Assembly (NCBI GenBank): GCA_963715955.1
Contig: CAVQSQ010000012.1
Location: forward strand, 211,050-275,049
Direction: 5' to 3'
Length of the DNA: 64,000 bases
Source of the DNA: Candidatus Sulfomarinibacteraceae bacterium
GTDB taxonomy: Bacteria; Acidobacteriota; Thermoanaerobaculia; Thermoanaerobaculales; Sulfomarinibacteraceae
Position numbers and translations under genes: made by a program. This document shows positions 35,916 through 46,344 of this stretch, one piece after another. Below the pieces are notes generated by a model that did no database searches, was not told the DNA's origin, and saw only the letters and a list, made by a program, of their open reading frames with translations. Within the stretch, counting starts at the first letter, position 1. Every line of letters begins with the position of its first letter.

Positions 35916-38035
35916 CGTTGAGATCCCTTCTCGAGCTCATCGAGTTCCCATGGCGGAAGTTCAGTGTTCTCCTCGATCACGAAATGATCCATCCAACGCA
36001 TCAACCGCCGCGCGTAGTCGTCCCGCGAGGCGGCTCTCGAGTTCCCGTGCTTCTCACCGGGGTAGCGCACGTAGCGAACCGGGGTCTTGCCCGACAACTT
36101 GAGGGCCCGGTAGAGCTGCAGGCTCTGTGAAGGGTGGACCCGCGAATCGGCGGTGCCGCCGGCGATGAGCAACGGGGTCCGGGCGTTTTCGACGTATGCG
36201 ATCGGGCTGCGCTCGAGCCGGAACTGCAGCTTGGTCCACGGGTCCGCGAGAGTGTGGACCATCCGGTCTTCCACCGGAATTTCGGTGGTCAGCCCCTTGC
36301 TGATGTCGTTGCTGATGCCGACAAACATCACCCCCGCTTTGAAACGTTCGCTGTAGCGTGTGGCACACCAGGCGGTTGCGTAGCCGCCATAGGAGCCGCC
36401 GGTGATTCCGACACGGTCGGGATCCGCGATGCCGGCCTCCGCCAATGCGTCCACCGCGTCGAGCAGATCGTCGAACTCCGCCCCGGCGGCATCGGCCTGA
36501 CCGAGCTTCGAAAAGGCCACTCCGCGGCCGGTGCTGCCCCTGTAGTTTGGGAAAAACACGGCGTAACCGCGAGCGGCGGCAAGCTGAGCCGGCGCCGAAT
36601 ACGATGTCAGCCAACCGTTGCGGCGGTGGCCTTCGGGACCACCATGCACCATGAGCAACAACGGCGCGGGACCTTCGGTTTCACGGAGCGGCCGGAGCAA
36701 CACGCCGCTGAGGTCGAGCCCGTCCTTCGCCTGATGCCCGAAGACCTCCTGCAGTGCGAGATCCACATCCGCCAGCCAGGGATTGCTGTCGGTCAGCCGC
36801 CTCGGGCCTTCGTCGCCGTGGCTCATGACAAAGACCTCGGAAGGGTGGCGCGGCGAATCACCCACCAACACCGCGCGCTTCCCGTCACCGGCGACGGCGA
36901 GGCCCGTCATGACCGGGACCCGGGCGCTCCCCTGCTCGACGCCCGAGATTGCGTGGGTCTTTTGCGCGCCGGTGGAGATATCGACCTCGCCGAATCGCGT
37001 TTCCTCTCCTTCATCGGAGAGAAACATCAGGGTGTCGTCATCCTGCCACGCGAAGACGTTCACGTGGCCCTCGAGGTCCGGAAGCACGTCCTGCAGCGGA
37101 CCGCCCGCCGCCTCCGCCACCAGCAGCCGTCCGGCTGCAGGGTCGTTGGGATCGGCGGCCGATATCATCGCGAGGTGGGCGCCGTCTGGGCTGATTTCGA
37201 AATCGCCGAGCTTTCCGGGGTTGTCGAAGGACGACCGGGTTTCGCCGGTGTCCGCATCGACGATATGAACCCGGCGCGCCATGTACTGGTCGTCGATCAA
37301 CGGAGTCGGCGCCACATCCACCGCCAACCACTCTCCACCGGGGCTCCAGCGGACGTGGAAGACCGATCCCTCGATGGGAAGGGCGCGCGCCTCGACGTCG
37401 ACGCCTGGTGCCGTCGACGGATTCGCCGCTACCGGCTGAAACGGCGGCAAGGGTTGCAGCCAGACCCGCTTGGGCAACCAGTCCTCCTCGAAGACCTCCT
37501 GGGAAAAACCCTTCTCTTCAGCCTTGGTGCGGTCCTCGCTCTGCGGCTCTTTGGCAACGAAGGCGACCGTCGTCCCGTCGGGCGACACCCGGTAGTCGGT
37601 GATGTCGGTGCCGAACGAAATCAACCGCCTCGACTCACCCCCGGCGAGCGGGATCGCCCACAGCGCGGTGTGATCGTCTCCGTCGCGTTCGGCGAGATAC
37701 GTGATCAGCGAACCATCGGGGCTGAATCCGATCTGGGAGACCTTGACCTCGCCGCCGACAAAGGTCCGATCGCGGCCGTCGCCCCCGATCACGTGGAGCT
37801 CGACCCACGCGGGTCCGTCTTCGTCGATGCCGGGTCGGCGCGGCACGGTCAGAGCGTAGGCGATCGTGGCCCCGTCCGGCGACAGGACCGCTCCTCCCAC
37901 CGACCGCAGGGCGCCGAGTTGTTCAAAGGTCATCCCTTCGGCGCTTCCAGCCGCAGCGGGCGCGGCAGCGCACCACACGGCCGCCGCCAGCGCGGCCAGT
38001 CTCAAACGAAACGACGAATTGTGAATTCGCGACAT
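35912..38035 (-). CDS. S9 family serine peptidase (propeller plus alpha/beta hydrolase)
   Basis: GGSYGGY nucleophile motif. SPDG propeller repeats. Signal peptide. The stop overlaps the dcp start (ATGA). Confidence 0.9.
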   Translation of the reverse strand: MSRIHNSSFRLRLAALAAAVWCAAAPAAAGSAEGMTFEQLGALRSVGGAVLSPDGATIAYALTVPRRPGIDEDGPAWVELHVIGGDGRDRTFVGGEVKVSQIGFSPDGSLITYLAERDGDDHTALWAIPLAGGESRRLISFGTDITDYRVSPDGTTVAFVAKEPQSEDRTKAEEKGFSQEVFEEDWLPKRVWLQPLPPFQPVAANPSTAPGVDVEARALPIEGSVFHVRWSPGGEWLAVDVAPTPLIDDQYMARRVHIVDADTGETRSSFDNPGKLGDFEISPDGAHLAMISAADPNDPAAGRLLVAEAAGGPLQDVLPDLEGHVNVFAWQDDDTLMFLSDEGEETRFGEVDISTGAQKTHAISGVEQGSARVPVMTGLAVAGDGKRAVLVGDSPRHPSEVFVMSHGDEGPRRLTDSNPWLADVDLALQEVFGHQAKDGLDLSGVLLRPLRETEGPAPLLLMVHGGPEGHRRNGWLTSYSAPAQLAAARGYAVFFPNYRGSTGRGVAFSKLGQADAAGAEFDDLLDAVDALAEAGIADPDRVGITGGSYGGYATAWCATRYSERFKAGVMFVGISNDISKGLTTEIPVEDRMVHTLADPWTKLQFRLERSPIAYVENARTPLLIAGGTADSRVHPSQSLQLYRALKLSGKTPVRYVRYPGEKHGNSRAASRDDYARRLMRWMDHFVIEENTELPPWELDELEKGSQR

Positions 38036-38260
38036 ATCTCCTCCTCCTGCGATGAAACCTTCCGGGCCGTCGCCATTCTACAGAGTGTTTGCTTGCACCT
38101 CGAACCTTCGGCGCAGTTTTTCGTAGAACGATGCCAGGGAGGAGAGTTGTCATTTCGAACCTTTCGGGGCCCCTGCGAGGCCGAGGACACGATCGACGAC
38201 AACGCGGGTCTGCTCACCGCGCGGCGTTGCCTCTGCGGTCCGCGCACCGACAGCGACTCT

Positions 38261-38285
38261 GAAGGTGGGCCGGTGCCCACCCTTC
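38261..38285. repeat. solitary REP-like hairpin related to the 389-765 family
   Basis: GAAGGTGGGC-CGGT-GCCCACCCTTC. Confidence 0.5.
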
Positions 38286-38373
38286 GGACCAACCGGCCGA
38301 GCGGTCTTGGAGGTCGGACTTCAGCCTCCTCCAGAGTCGCTCCAGGTTCCGGGTGATTCGAGAGTGACGGGCG

Positions 38374-39261
38374 ATGGAAATCCGCCACCTCCGCCTGGTT
38401 CATACCCTCGCTACGGAGGGCACGCTGACCGCCGCCGGTCAGCGGCTCTATCTCTCCCAGTCGGCCTTGAGCCACCAACTCAAAGAGATCGAAAACGAGT
38501 TCGGGGTCAAGCTGTTTCGACGGTTCAGGAAGCGGATGGTGCTCACTCCGGCCGGCCAGAGATTCCTCGACAGCGCCGATGTTGTTCTCAACGAGATCGA
38601 AAAGGTGCGCGACGACATCTCGCGTCTGTCATCCGGGGAGACGGGGACTCTCCGCATCGCCGCCTGCCGCTCACTGGGTTTCAGGTGGCTCCCCGGCGTC
38701 GTCAACTCCTTCAAGAGCGCCTACCCGGATGTCGAATTGTCCATCGACCCACTGTGGGACCACGACCCGACCAACCGTGTGCTCACCGGAGCCGTCGACG
38801 TCGCCATCACGAATGCGAAGATCGACGACCGGGGGCTCGTCTATCTGAAGCTCTTTGACGACGAACTGGTGGCGGTCGTCCGTTCCGACCACCGGTGGGC
38901 CTGCAAAGACCACGTCGCGGCGCGCCTGCTGGCCGATGAGAACCTGGTCACGTTCGACTTCCCGGTGAACGGAACGGATATCAGGTCGACCACTCTCGCC
39001 CCTGCCGGAGTCACTCCGAAATCCGTCGTGACTCTGCCCACCATCGAGGCCATCGTCGACATGGTCAGAGGCGGCGCCGGCGTCGCCGTCCTCAACTCGT
39101 GGCCGGCCCGCCCGTTCCTGGCCGACGGCGGGTTGCGGATTGTTCGGCTCGGTCGCAGGGGCATTCAGCGATCGTGGTACGCCGCGGTGACCGAAGACGA
39201 CCAGAAACCTCCCTACATCGCCCGTTTCATCGGGCTCCTCGCCCACCAGGGGAAAAGCTAG
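38374..39261 (+). CDS. LysR family transcriptional regulator
   Basis: MEIRHLRLVHTLATEGTLTAAGQRLYLSQSALSHQLKEIE HTH region plus a LysR substrate-binding domain. Divergent from the S9-dcp operon. Confidence 0.9.
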   Translation: MEIRHLRLVHTLATEGTLTAAGQRLYLSQSALSHQLKEIENEFGVKLFRRFRKRMVLTPAGQRFLDSADVVLNEIEKVRDDISRLSSGETGTLRIAACRSLGFRWLPGVVNSFKSAYPDVELSIDPLWDHDPTNRVLTGAVDVAITNAKIDDRGLVYLKLFDDELVAVVRSDHRWACKDHVAARLLADENLVTFDFPVNGTDIRSTTLAPAGVTPKSVVTLPTIEAIVDMVRGGAGVAVLNSWPARPFLADGGLRIVRLGRRGIQRSWYAAVTEDDQKPPYIARFIGLLAHQGKS

Positions 39262-39284
39262 GAAAGGGAGAAAAGGGGCGACCG

Positions 39285-39322
39285 CAGATTTCGAATTTCG
39301 AATTTCGAATTTCGAATTTTCC
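39285..39322. repeat. AT-rich 7-bp microsatellite (ATTTCGA, about 4.5 copies)
   Basis: Sequence agatttcgaatttcgaatttcgaatttcgaatttt. A related array lies at 63033-63070. Confidence 0.85.
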
Positions 39323-39401
39323 ATCGCGGCTTCCCACCGCACACGAATGTTCGAGTGCTCACACCGCTCGAGAGTGCGGATACGAGTCGTGTGCGGATAC
39401 C

Positions 39402-39510
39402 GGTCGCGTGCGGCGGAGGTGCCACTTTCAACATTGTTGGACACGCGAACATCCAAGTCGGCGGGATCCGATGGGGGCCAACAATGTTGAGGGTGGCTCC
39501 TCCCGGGAAG
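39402..39510. repeat. long-hairpin MITE-like element, copy 1 of 3
   Basis: Arms GGAGGTGCCACTTTCAACATTGTTGG and CCAACAATGTTGAGGGTGGCTCCTCC (about 26 nt) around a variable centre of about 35 nt. Conserved left flank GCGTGCGGCGG. Other copies lie at 54564-54668 and 63284-63388. Confidence 0.85.
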
Positions 39511-39610
39511 CGAGAACGGAAAGCCGTGCCAGCTCGGATCCTGGTAAACGGCGTCCTTCAAGCCCATAGCCCAAGCCCCAGCTCAACGCCCCAGGCCTCA
39601 CTGCCTCACT

Positions 39611-39641
39611 GCCAAAAAAATACGGGGGCCCGAAGGCCCCC
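39611..39641 (-). terminator. intrinsic terminator of the TonB-dependent receptor gene
   Basis: On the minus strand: GGGGGCC-TTCG-GGCCCCC followed by GTATTTTTTT. Confidence 0.7.
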
Positions 39642-39666
39642 ATCCGGTCGTTTCGGGGCAACCGGA

Positions 39667-42628
39667 TCAGAAGGAAAGGCGAAGTCCGAGACGAACGGTG
39701 GTCGGGTTCTGCCACATGCTGGCCGTGTTCCAGCCCGGGTTCGTCGGCGGGCGGTCGGCTGAACTTGCGGTTATCGGGGCGAAGTCCACGTTGGTGTCCC
39801 AATCGAGAACGTTGTAGGTCTGGCCGTCAACCGCCGTGGTGTACTGGATGTCGCGCTGCGTCTCGCCCTGGTTGTTGAAGACGCTGAAGATATCGAGCAG
39901 CACGTTGAGTTCGAGGGCCGAACCGAATTTGATGCGGATAACCGAAATGGAGGTCGGCTTCCCACTGTGCGTCGACGCGACCGAAGGCACCGCGTTCGGA
40001 GAGGTAGAACTCCCAGTTGTTGTAGTCAACGGAATAGCCGTAAGCGGTGATCGGCGTGCCGTCGCGGTAGAAAGCCGAGAGACCCGCACTGAGCCCGAAG
40101 TCGAAACGGTAGATGCCGTCGAACTTGATCTGGACCGGAATATCGTTGGAGAGCGGGCCGTAGTTGTTGACCGCGAAGTCCGCGTAGTCATAGGCCGAGT
40201 TCAGGTTCGGATCGAGTTGCCCCGTCGAGGCCTGGAAGAGACCGTCATAGTTGCCCTCGAGGCTCGACCACAACATCGACGCGATGAACTGGTAGTTGTC
40301 GGAGAAACGCTTCTGGAGCGTCACCTCGACGCCCTCGAATTTGCGCTCGGGGGTCAGGATCTCTCGCGGATCGGCGTAGTTGTAACCCCACGCAGTCGCC
40401 ATGGTGAAGGTCTCGGTCATCTCACCGTAGCTCGGATTGCCGATGTAGTAGTCGCCGTCGAGGGTCAGGGCATCTTCGATCACCCGTTTGAGGTCGCGGG
40501 CGATGTATTTGGCACCCACCGCCCAGTTGGGTGCGAACTCGTACTCCGCGCCAATGATGGCCTCTTCGAGGTACTGGCCCTTGACGCCCGGATCGACCCT
40601 CGAGAACCCACCTCCGAGGACCCTGGAACCTCTGACCGAAAGGTCGGCCGCCACGTCTTCGGGGTTGTCGGAGAGATTGTAGGACCACAGCGAGATCTCG
40701 CCGCCGAAGGCGCGGATCACGATGTCCATGGGGATCGTCTCGTAGAAATATCCCCAGTGGCCGTAGAGCTTGGATTGGCCGTTGCCCAGAAAGTCCCACA
40801 CGAAACCGATTCGCGGAGCGATGTTGTCGTCGATATCCGCCGAAACCTCGCGATCGGCGTTGTACAGCTTCTGCTGCCCGAACCGGACGCCCAGGTTGAG
40901 GGACAGATTGGATCCGACCTGCCAGGTGTCCTGCAGGAAGAACGCCATATTGTCGGAGATCGTGTCGACGAGCTGCGGCGCCAGGATATCGGCCGTGGTC
41001 GCGGTCTCCGGATCGAGGTTGGGGTCGCTGACAAAGAAACGATGACGGAAGTAGTACGGCTGTCCCTGGCAGTCACGGGTATCGGAGTCGATGCAGTCAA
41101 AGCGGTAGATCCGCTGGCCGGTGCCGCCGTTCCAGACCTCGGAGTTGATCGAAATATCTTCATACTCGTAGCCGAACTTGAACTCGTGGGACCCCGCAAG
41201 ATTGGCAACGAACCACGACATGTCGGCGTTGTACTGTTCCCGACCGAACTCGTTGTTGTTGAAGTTCCCGAACCCGGCCTGTCGTTGGTGGGCATTGCCG
41301 TCGGCATCCCATCCCCACACCGTTGTTCCGTCGCCGAGCGGATCCGTAAAATCAATGTAGCCCACCGTCTCCGCACCGGGACCGCCCTGCAGGAACTTTT
41401 CGTCGTGGGCCGCCACCCGAGCGGTCAGAACGATGTTCTGGCCCAAGACGCCATCGTAGTTTGCGGAGTAGTTCGTGCCCCCGGTCTCGACCAACCCGGT
41501 GAAGTGGAGGGTCGTAGCGGCCAGCGATTGACCGGCGATGACCCCGCTGTTTTCCGTGGGGTCGCCGAACACTGATCCCGCCAGCGAGTGGTTGGCGGCG
41601 ATACGCCAGGTCAGCTTGGCGGCCCAGAGATCGCCGACGGTCGACTGAGGGATCTGCTCGCCCCTGTAGGTGCCGCCCTCGATGATCGAGGAGAAGTCCT
41701 TGAGAACCTCGAGGTTGTTCTCGTTGTCCACCCGGTCGTAGGCGGCGAAGAACCACAACGTGTCCTTGAGAATGTAACCTCCGAGATCGAACCCGTAGTC
41801 AGACCGGGTGAACGAGGTCTGCTTGAAGGAGGCGTTGACCGCGCCTACGTCCGGCGCGGCTTTGAGGGAAGCCTGCAATGAGTCCGCGTCGTAGTAGCCG
41901 AAGACATCGCCGTGGAACTCGTTGCCGCCCGACTTGGTCACCACGTTGATGACCGAACCGGTTGCCCGCCCGAACTCGGCGTTGTACGAACCGGTCTTGA
42001 CCTGGACCTCGTCGATGAACTCGAAGTTCAGCTGGGTGCCTTGCGTCCCGAACTCGATTCCGGTGGTGTTGGCGCCGTCGATGTAATAGGAATTTTCTGC
42101 GCCGGTCGAGCCATAGAAAGTCTGACCGGAGGCATCGGCCTGGGCCCCCGGAGTGACATTCGCAACTGCCGTGTAGTTGCGCCCGGTCGGCAGGTCGTCG
42201 TAGAAGTCCGAGGACAGGTCGACACCGATTGTCGTGTCGGAGGTGTTGACCAACGGAGTCTCGGAGGTCACCACGACCTCGTCCGAGAAGGCCGGCGTCA
42301 TGATGGCGTCGACACGGGTCGTCGACCCCATGCTGACGCGCATTTTCTCCTGCGACCGTGCCTGAAAGCCCGAGAGATTGAAGTTGACCGCATACTCGCC
42401 CGGCGGCAACGCCAGAAAGCTGTAGGCCCCTTCGTCCCCGGTCACGGTGGCTTGCGGGCCCTGAAGCGCTGCCGAAACCAGGTTCACGGTGACACCTGGA
42501 AGCCCGACGCCGGACTCGTCGACCACATTGCCCCGGATCTCACCCCTGGTTGCCTGCGCGGAGGCCAGGCCAGCGGCAAGACAAACAGCCGCTAATACAA
42601 CGAGAATTCTTCCGAATAACTTCATCAT
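39667..42628 (-). CDS. TonB-dependent receptor-like outer-membrane protein with N-terminal carboxypeptidase-regulatory-like domain (Oar type); split by a 1-nt frame break near 39936-39937
   Basis: Signal peptide. GNVVDESGVGLPGVTVNL...GEYAVNFNLSGF (CarboxypepD_reg). Plug motifs (YYIDGANTTG, NVVTKSGGNEFHG). The C-terminal barrel end ...TVRLGLRLSF lies in the frame of track ORF 39667..40191. Confidence 0.85.
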
Positions 42629-42978
42629 TTCCTCCTCTTCCCAAATCGAATATGCAACTAGATCGAGATCGCTATTTATTCAAAAAATAGTTTCAAATAA
42701 ACACTCCTCCCAAAAGACCGCGCACATATACGTCGAGGTCTTCCGGCCTATTACGTCGAACCATTTCGGATGTTGCGGTGTTTTTCGTGCGCATTTTTTG
42801 TGATAACCATGAGCAGAATTTGTAGAAGAAATGCTGCCGCGTCTCGTGTTCCCGGGAGCCGCGGCGCCCGAGGTCCACGAAGCTGCCCACCACGTCGACG
42901 CGGGCCGCAGGGACTGCTATAAGGAAGAGGTCAATTCCGAGACGGTGTCACAAAATATAACTCAACACGGAGGTGAAC

Positions 42979-43539
42979 ATGGTGTCGTTGACCGCACTCT
43001 GGCTCCCGATCGTGCTCTCGGCGGTGGTTGTCTTCATCGCCAGCTCGGTCATTCACATGGCGCTCAAGTACCACAACTCGGAGTACCGGCAGCTTCCGGA
43101 CGAAGGTCCGTGCTCGGCGCGATGCGCAACGGCAAGATCGCGCCCGGTATTCTATGCCTTTCCGTACGCGGGAAGCATGAAGGAAATGGGAACGCCCGGA
43201 CATGATGGAGAAGTACGCCCAGGGCCCGGTCGGGACGATGAACGTCAACCCGAGCGGGCCGCCAGCCATGGGCAAGGCTCTCGGTCTGTGGTTCGCCTTC
43301 ACGCTGGTCGTCGGCGTCTTCGCGGGCTACCTCGCGAGCCGGACTCTCGCCCCCGGCACCCACTACCTCCAGGTCTTCAGAGTCGGTCGGATGCTCGAGC
43401 TTCATGGCCTATTCCTTCGCGTACTTTTCGGACTCCATCTGGAAGATGAAACCGTGGAGCATGACGCCTCAAGCACGTCTTTGACGGACTGGTCTACGCT
43501 CTGCTCACGGCCGGTGTCTTCGGGTGGCTGTGGCCTTAA
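42979..43539 (+). pseudogene. small conserved membrane protein (about 185 aa, uncharacterised family) broken by five 1-nt indels
   Basis: GGAGG lies upstream of the ATG at 42979. The pieces read MVSLTALWLPIVLSAVVVFIASSVIHMALKYHNSEYRQLPDEG / VLGAMRNGKIAPGI / YAFPYAGSMKEMGTP / MMEKYAQGPVG...THYLQVFRV / CSSFMAYSFAYFSDSIWKMKPWSMT / LKHVFDGLVYALLTAGVFGWLWP-stop, across three frames. Confidence 0.6.
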
Positions 43540-43641
43540 CCTGCCGGGAGTGACGGGCAGGATGGGGCGGTGTGGCAATGGCCGACCGCCGTGCGGCCTG
43601 GCAATGAGGCCCAGGCTTCGGTAACCCCTCATTGCCCATTG

Positions 43642-44382
43642 TCATTGCCTCATTGCCTCACTGCCCATGCCATCGGAGGCCGCCCGTTCCACCGCATTCC
43701 CGGTGCGATACCCCATCCAGCCCATGATGGGGCCCATCAGAAAATAGACGAGGCCGGACAGGGCCGGGACCTGCGGCACCGAGACAGCGCCAGCAACACC
43801 GGGAACGACGCCGATGGCGACCGTCGCCAGGTGCCGCTGGAGCCGCCCCTTCGTCGCCGCCTTCTCGGCAGGGTTCAGGTGCAGCCGGTCGCGCAGCCGC
43901 CACGCCCGCCAATACATCACCGACAGGACGACGAAGATGCCGACGAAACCACCGCTGAAAAGCACCATCACAGTCGTTCCGCGGCTCATCTCCGAAACGC
44001 CGGGACTCCCAGCCAGCGGCGCCGTCACCAGGACCGAAGCCAGAAACTTCATCGGAAAGACGTAGAACACGATGAAGAAGAGCAGCACTCCGTTGAGCGC
44101 GACCGTCGTCGCGTCCTCGAAACCGTAGCGACGGTGGAAGAGGAAGTGCTCGTACCAGACCCAAAGCAGAAAGGCGAAGCACAGGATGAAGGCCGGAAAC
44201 TGCCAGAAGACGGCGACCAGGCCCTCGCCGGTCTTCGGCACCTCGAGAGCGACCACCAAGAGGGTCAACGAGAGTGCAAACACCGCGTCGGAAAGACCCT
44301 CGATGCGCGATACCTCACCGCCGCGCCACCGAAAATACCGCTCCTCACGGAGGCTTCTTGGCAGGAGTCCAGGTTCTACCAT
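43642..44382 (-). CDS. TMEM175 / DUF1211 family potassium channel
   Basis: RIEGLSDAVFALSLTLLV signature, repeated in the second half of a 6-TM protein. The start is the ATG at 44382. Confidence 0.8.
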   Translation of the reverse strand: MVEPGLLPRSLREERYFRWRGGEVSRIEGLSDAVFALSLTLLVVALEVPKTGEGLVAVFWQFPAFILCFAFLLWVWYEHFLFHRRYGFEDATTVALNGVLLFFIVFYVFPMKFLASVLVTAPLAGSPGVSEMSRGTTVMVLFSGGFVGIFVVLSVMYWRAWRLRDRLHLNPAEKAATKGRLQRHLATVAIGVVPGVAGAVSVPQVPALSGLVYFLMGPIMGWMGYRTGNAVERAASDGMGSEAMRQ

Positions 44383-44434
44383 GTGGGTGCAGTGTAGCCT
44401 GGATCTCTGAGGTTCTCTCCTCGGAACCGGCTGT

Positions 44435-46341
44435 TCATGAGTCAATCTGTTCCGCGTCTTCTTCAACCACATCGCCTCGGAGCGAACTCGAGTCCCAGGC
44501 GGCGTCGAGGTCGGCGCCGAGGTCTTCGAGATCTGCACTCATCACCTTCTCGAGAGCCGCGATCTGTTGTCTGACCAGGTGAATATAGGCCGTGGCGTCT
44601 TCCCTCTGTCCGCTCATCTCGCGCACCGCCGCCTCGTCGTGGCGGCGGAACCGCCGCACCCGGCGCAACGCCTCGAAGGCCGGCACTCCGAGTTCGCTCA
44701 TCACGTCGCCCCCGATGCGCAACGAGCTGTCGAGAGTCTCCCGGTAGACCCGATCCACCCCGGCCTCCAGAAGCTCATAGGCGTGGGTCCTGCCCACCGC
44801 ACGACAGAAGACAGCGAGGTGGGGGAAGTGTTTCTGCGCGGTTTCGGCGATCTCGAGGATCCGCTCCGGGTCGTCGAGGGCGATCACCAGCACCCGAGCG
44901 GTGTCGGCGCCCGCCGACCGCAGAAGATCGAGCCGCGATGCGTCGCCGTAGAAGACCTTGTGCCCGAGTTTGCGGAGCATCTCGACCTGGTCGGAATCCA
45001 CCTCGAGAACCGTCGCGCCGATTCCCGCGGCGCGCAGCAGACGTCCGATGATGGTGCCGACCCGGCCGTAGCCCGCGATGATCACCGGGTTCGACTCTTC
45101 GATGGCATCGGGCTCGCGTTCCGCTTTCTCGCGGGTACCGAACCGCGGCTGCACCAGGCGCTCGTTGATCAACATCAGGAGCGGCGTCAGGGCCATCGTC
45201 AATGCGACCACTGCGATCAGCGGTGTCGTGATTCCGATCGACAGCACGCCCTGTTGGGTGGCGAAGGAGAACAGCACGAACGCGAATTCGCCCGCCTGGG
45301 CGAGCGAGAAACTGAACAGGAGATTCTGATCCTGTCCGAGCCCGAAAACGCGCCCCAGAATCACCAGGATGATGAACTTGACGACGATGAGACCGGCCAC
45401 CAGAGCCCCGATGAGACCCGGGTGCTGCGCGATCTGGCCGAAATCGATCGAGGCCCCGACGGCGATGAAAAAGAGGCCGAGCAGCAGGCCCTTGAAGGGC
45501 TCGATATCGCCCTCGAGCTCGTGCCGGTACTCGCTGGTCGCCAGCACCACCCCCGCCAGGAAGGTCCCCAGCGCCGGGCTCAAACCGACCTTGGCCATGA
45601 GGAGGGCGATCCCGATCACCAGCAGCAGGGCCGCCGCGGTGAAGACCTCCGGCACGTGCGCCTTGGCGATGAAGCGAAAGGCCGGCCGCATCACCAGCCG
45701 GCCGCCGATCACGATCGCGGCCACCGCCGCAACCACGACCAGCGCCGCCGCCCACCCCGGCAGCCCCTCGACCCAGGTCGTCGAGTGACCGGTATTGACC
45801 GCCGGGTGGGCGCTCCCGCCGTGCGCCAGCAAGGGCAGGATGGCCAGCATCGGGATCACCGCCAGATCCTGAAAGAGCAGAACCGAAAAGGCACTGCGGC
45901 CGCCGCCGGTCTTCATCAGGCCCTTCTCCTGCAGGGTCTGCAGCACGATGGCGGTCGACGACAGCGAGAGGATGAGCCCGACGGCGAGGGCACTCCGCCA
46001 GTCGAGTCCGGCGCCGAGACCGATCGCGGTGAAGACCGCGGCGGTCACGCCCACCTGCAGCCCGCCGAGCCCGAGGATCGAGCCCCGCAACCGCCACAGA
46101 AGAGTCGGCTGCAGCTCGAGCCCGATCAGAAACAGCATCATCACCACGCCGAACTCGGCGAAGTGCAGGACGTCCTGGCCGTCCTCGCCCTACCAGACCG
46201 AGGGCGAACGGGCCGATGGCGATCCCGGCCATGAGATAGCCGAGCACCGAGCCCAGACCGAGTCGCTTGGCGATGGGCACCGACACCACCGCGGCCGCGA
46301 GATAGATCAACGCCTGAAAGAAGAAGCCCTTCGCCGTGCAT
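44435..46341 (-). CDS. kefC: glutathione-regulated K+ efflux antiporter KefC/KefB-like (CPA2 plus KTN/TrkA-N); two 1-nt frame breaks near 46327-46329 and 46188-46190
   Basis: The ATG at 46341 has GGAGG upstream (MHGEG). The next frame reads [45 protein letters not shown]. The third frame reads [27 protein letters not shown]...[16 protein letters not shown]. Confidence 0.85.
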
Positions 46342-46344
46342 CCT

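Noticed and set aside
43621-43668. Short direct repeats of CCTCA(C/T)TGCC type (also at 39590-39610 and 49371-49400) and CTCATGG/GGCTGTG doublets near 52893-52925 and 53146-53180
   Set aside because: These are only 2-4 copies of 7-10-mers and are partly inside coding sequence. They are too short for me to separate from chance or from the edges of the larger repeat families without a genome-wide count.
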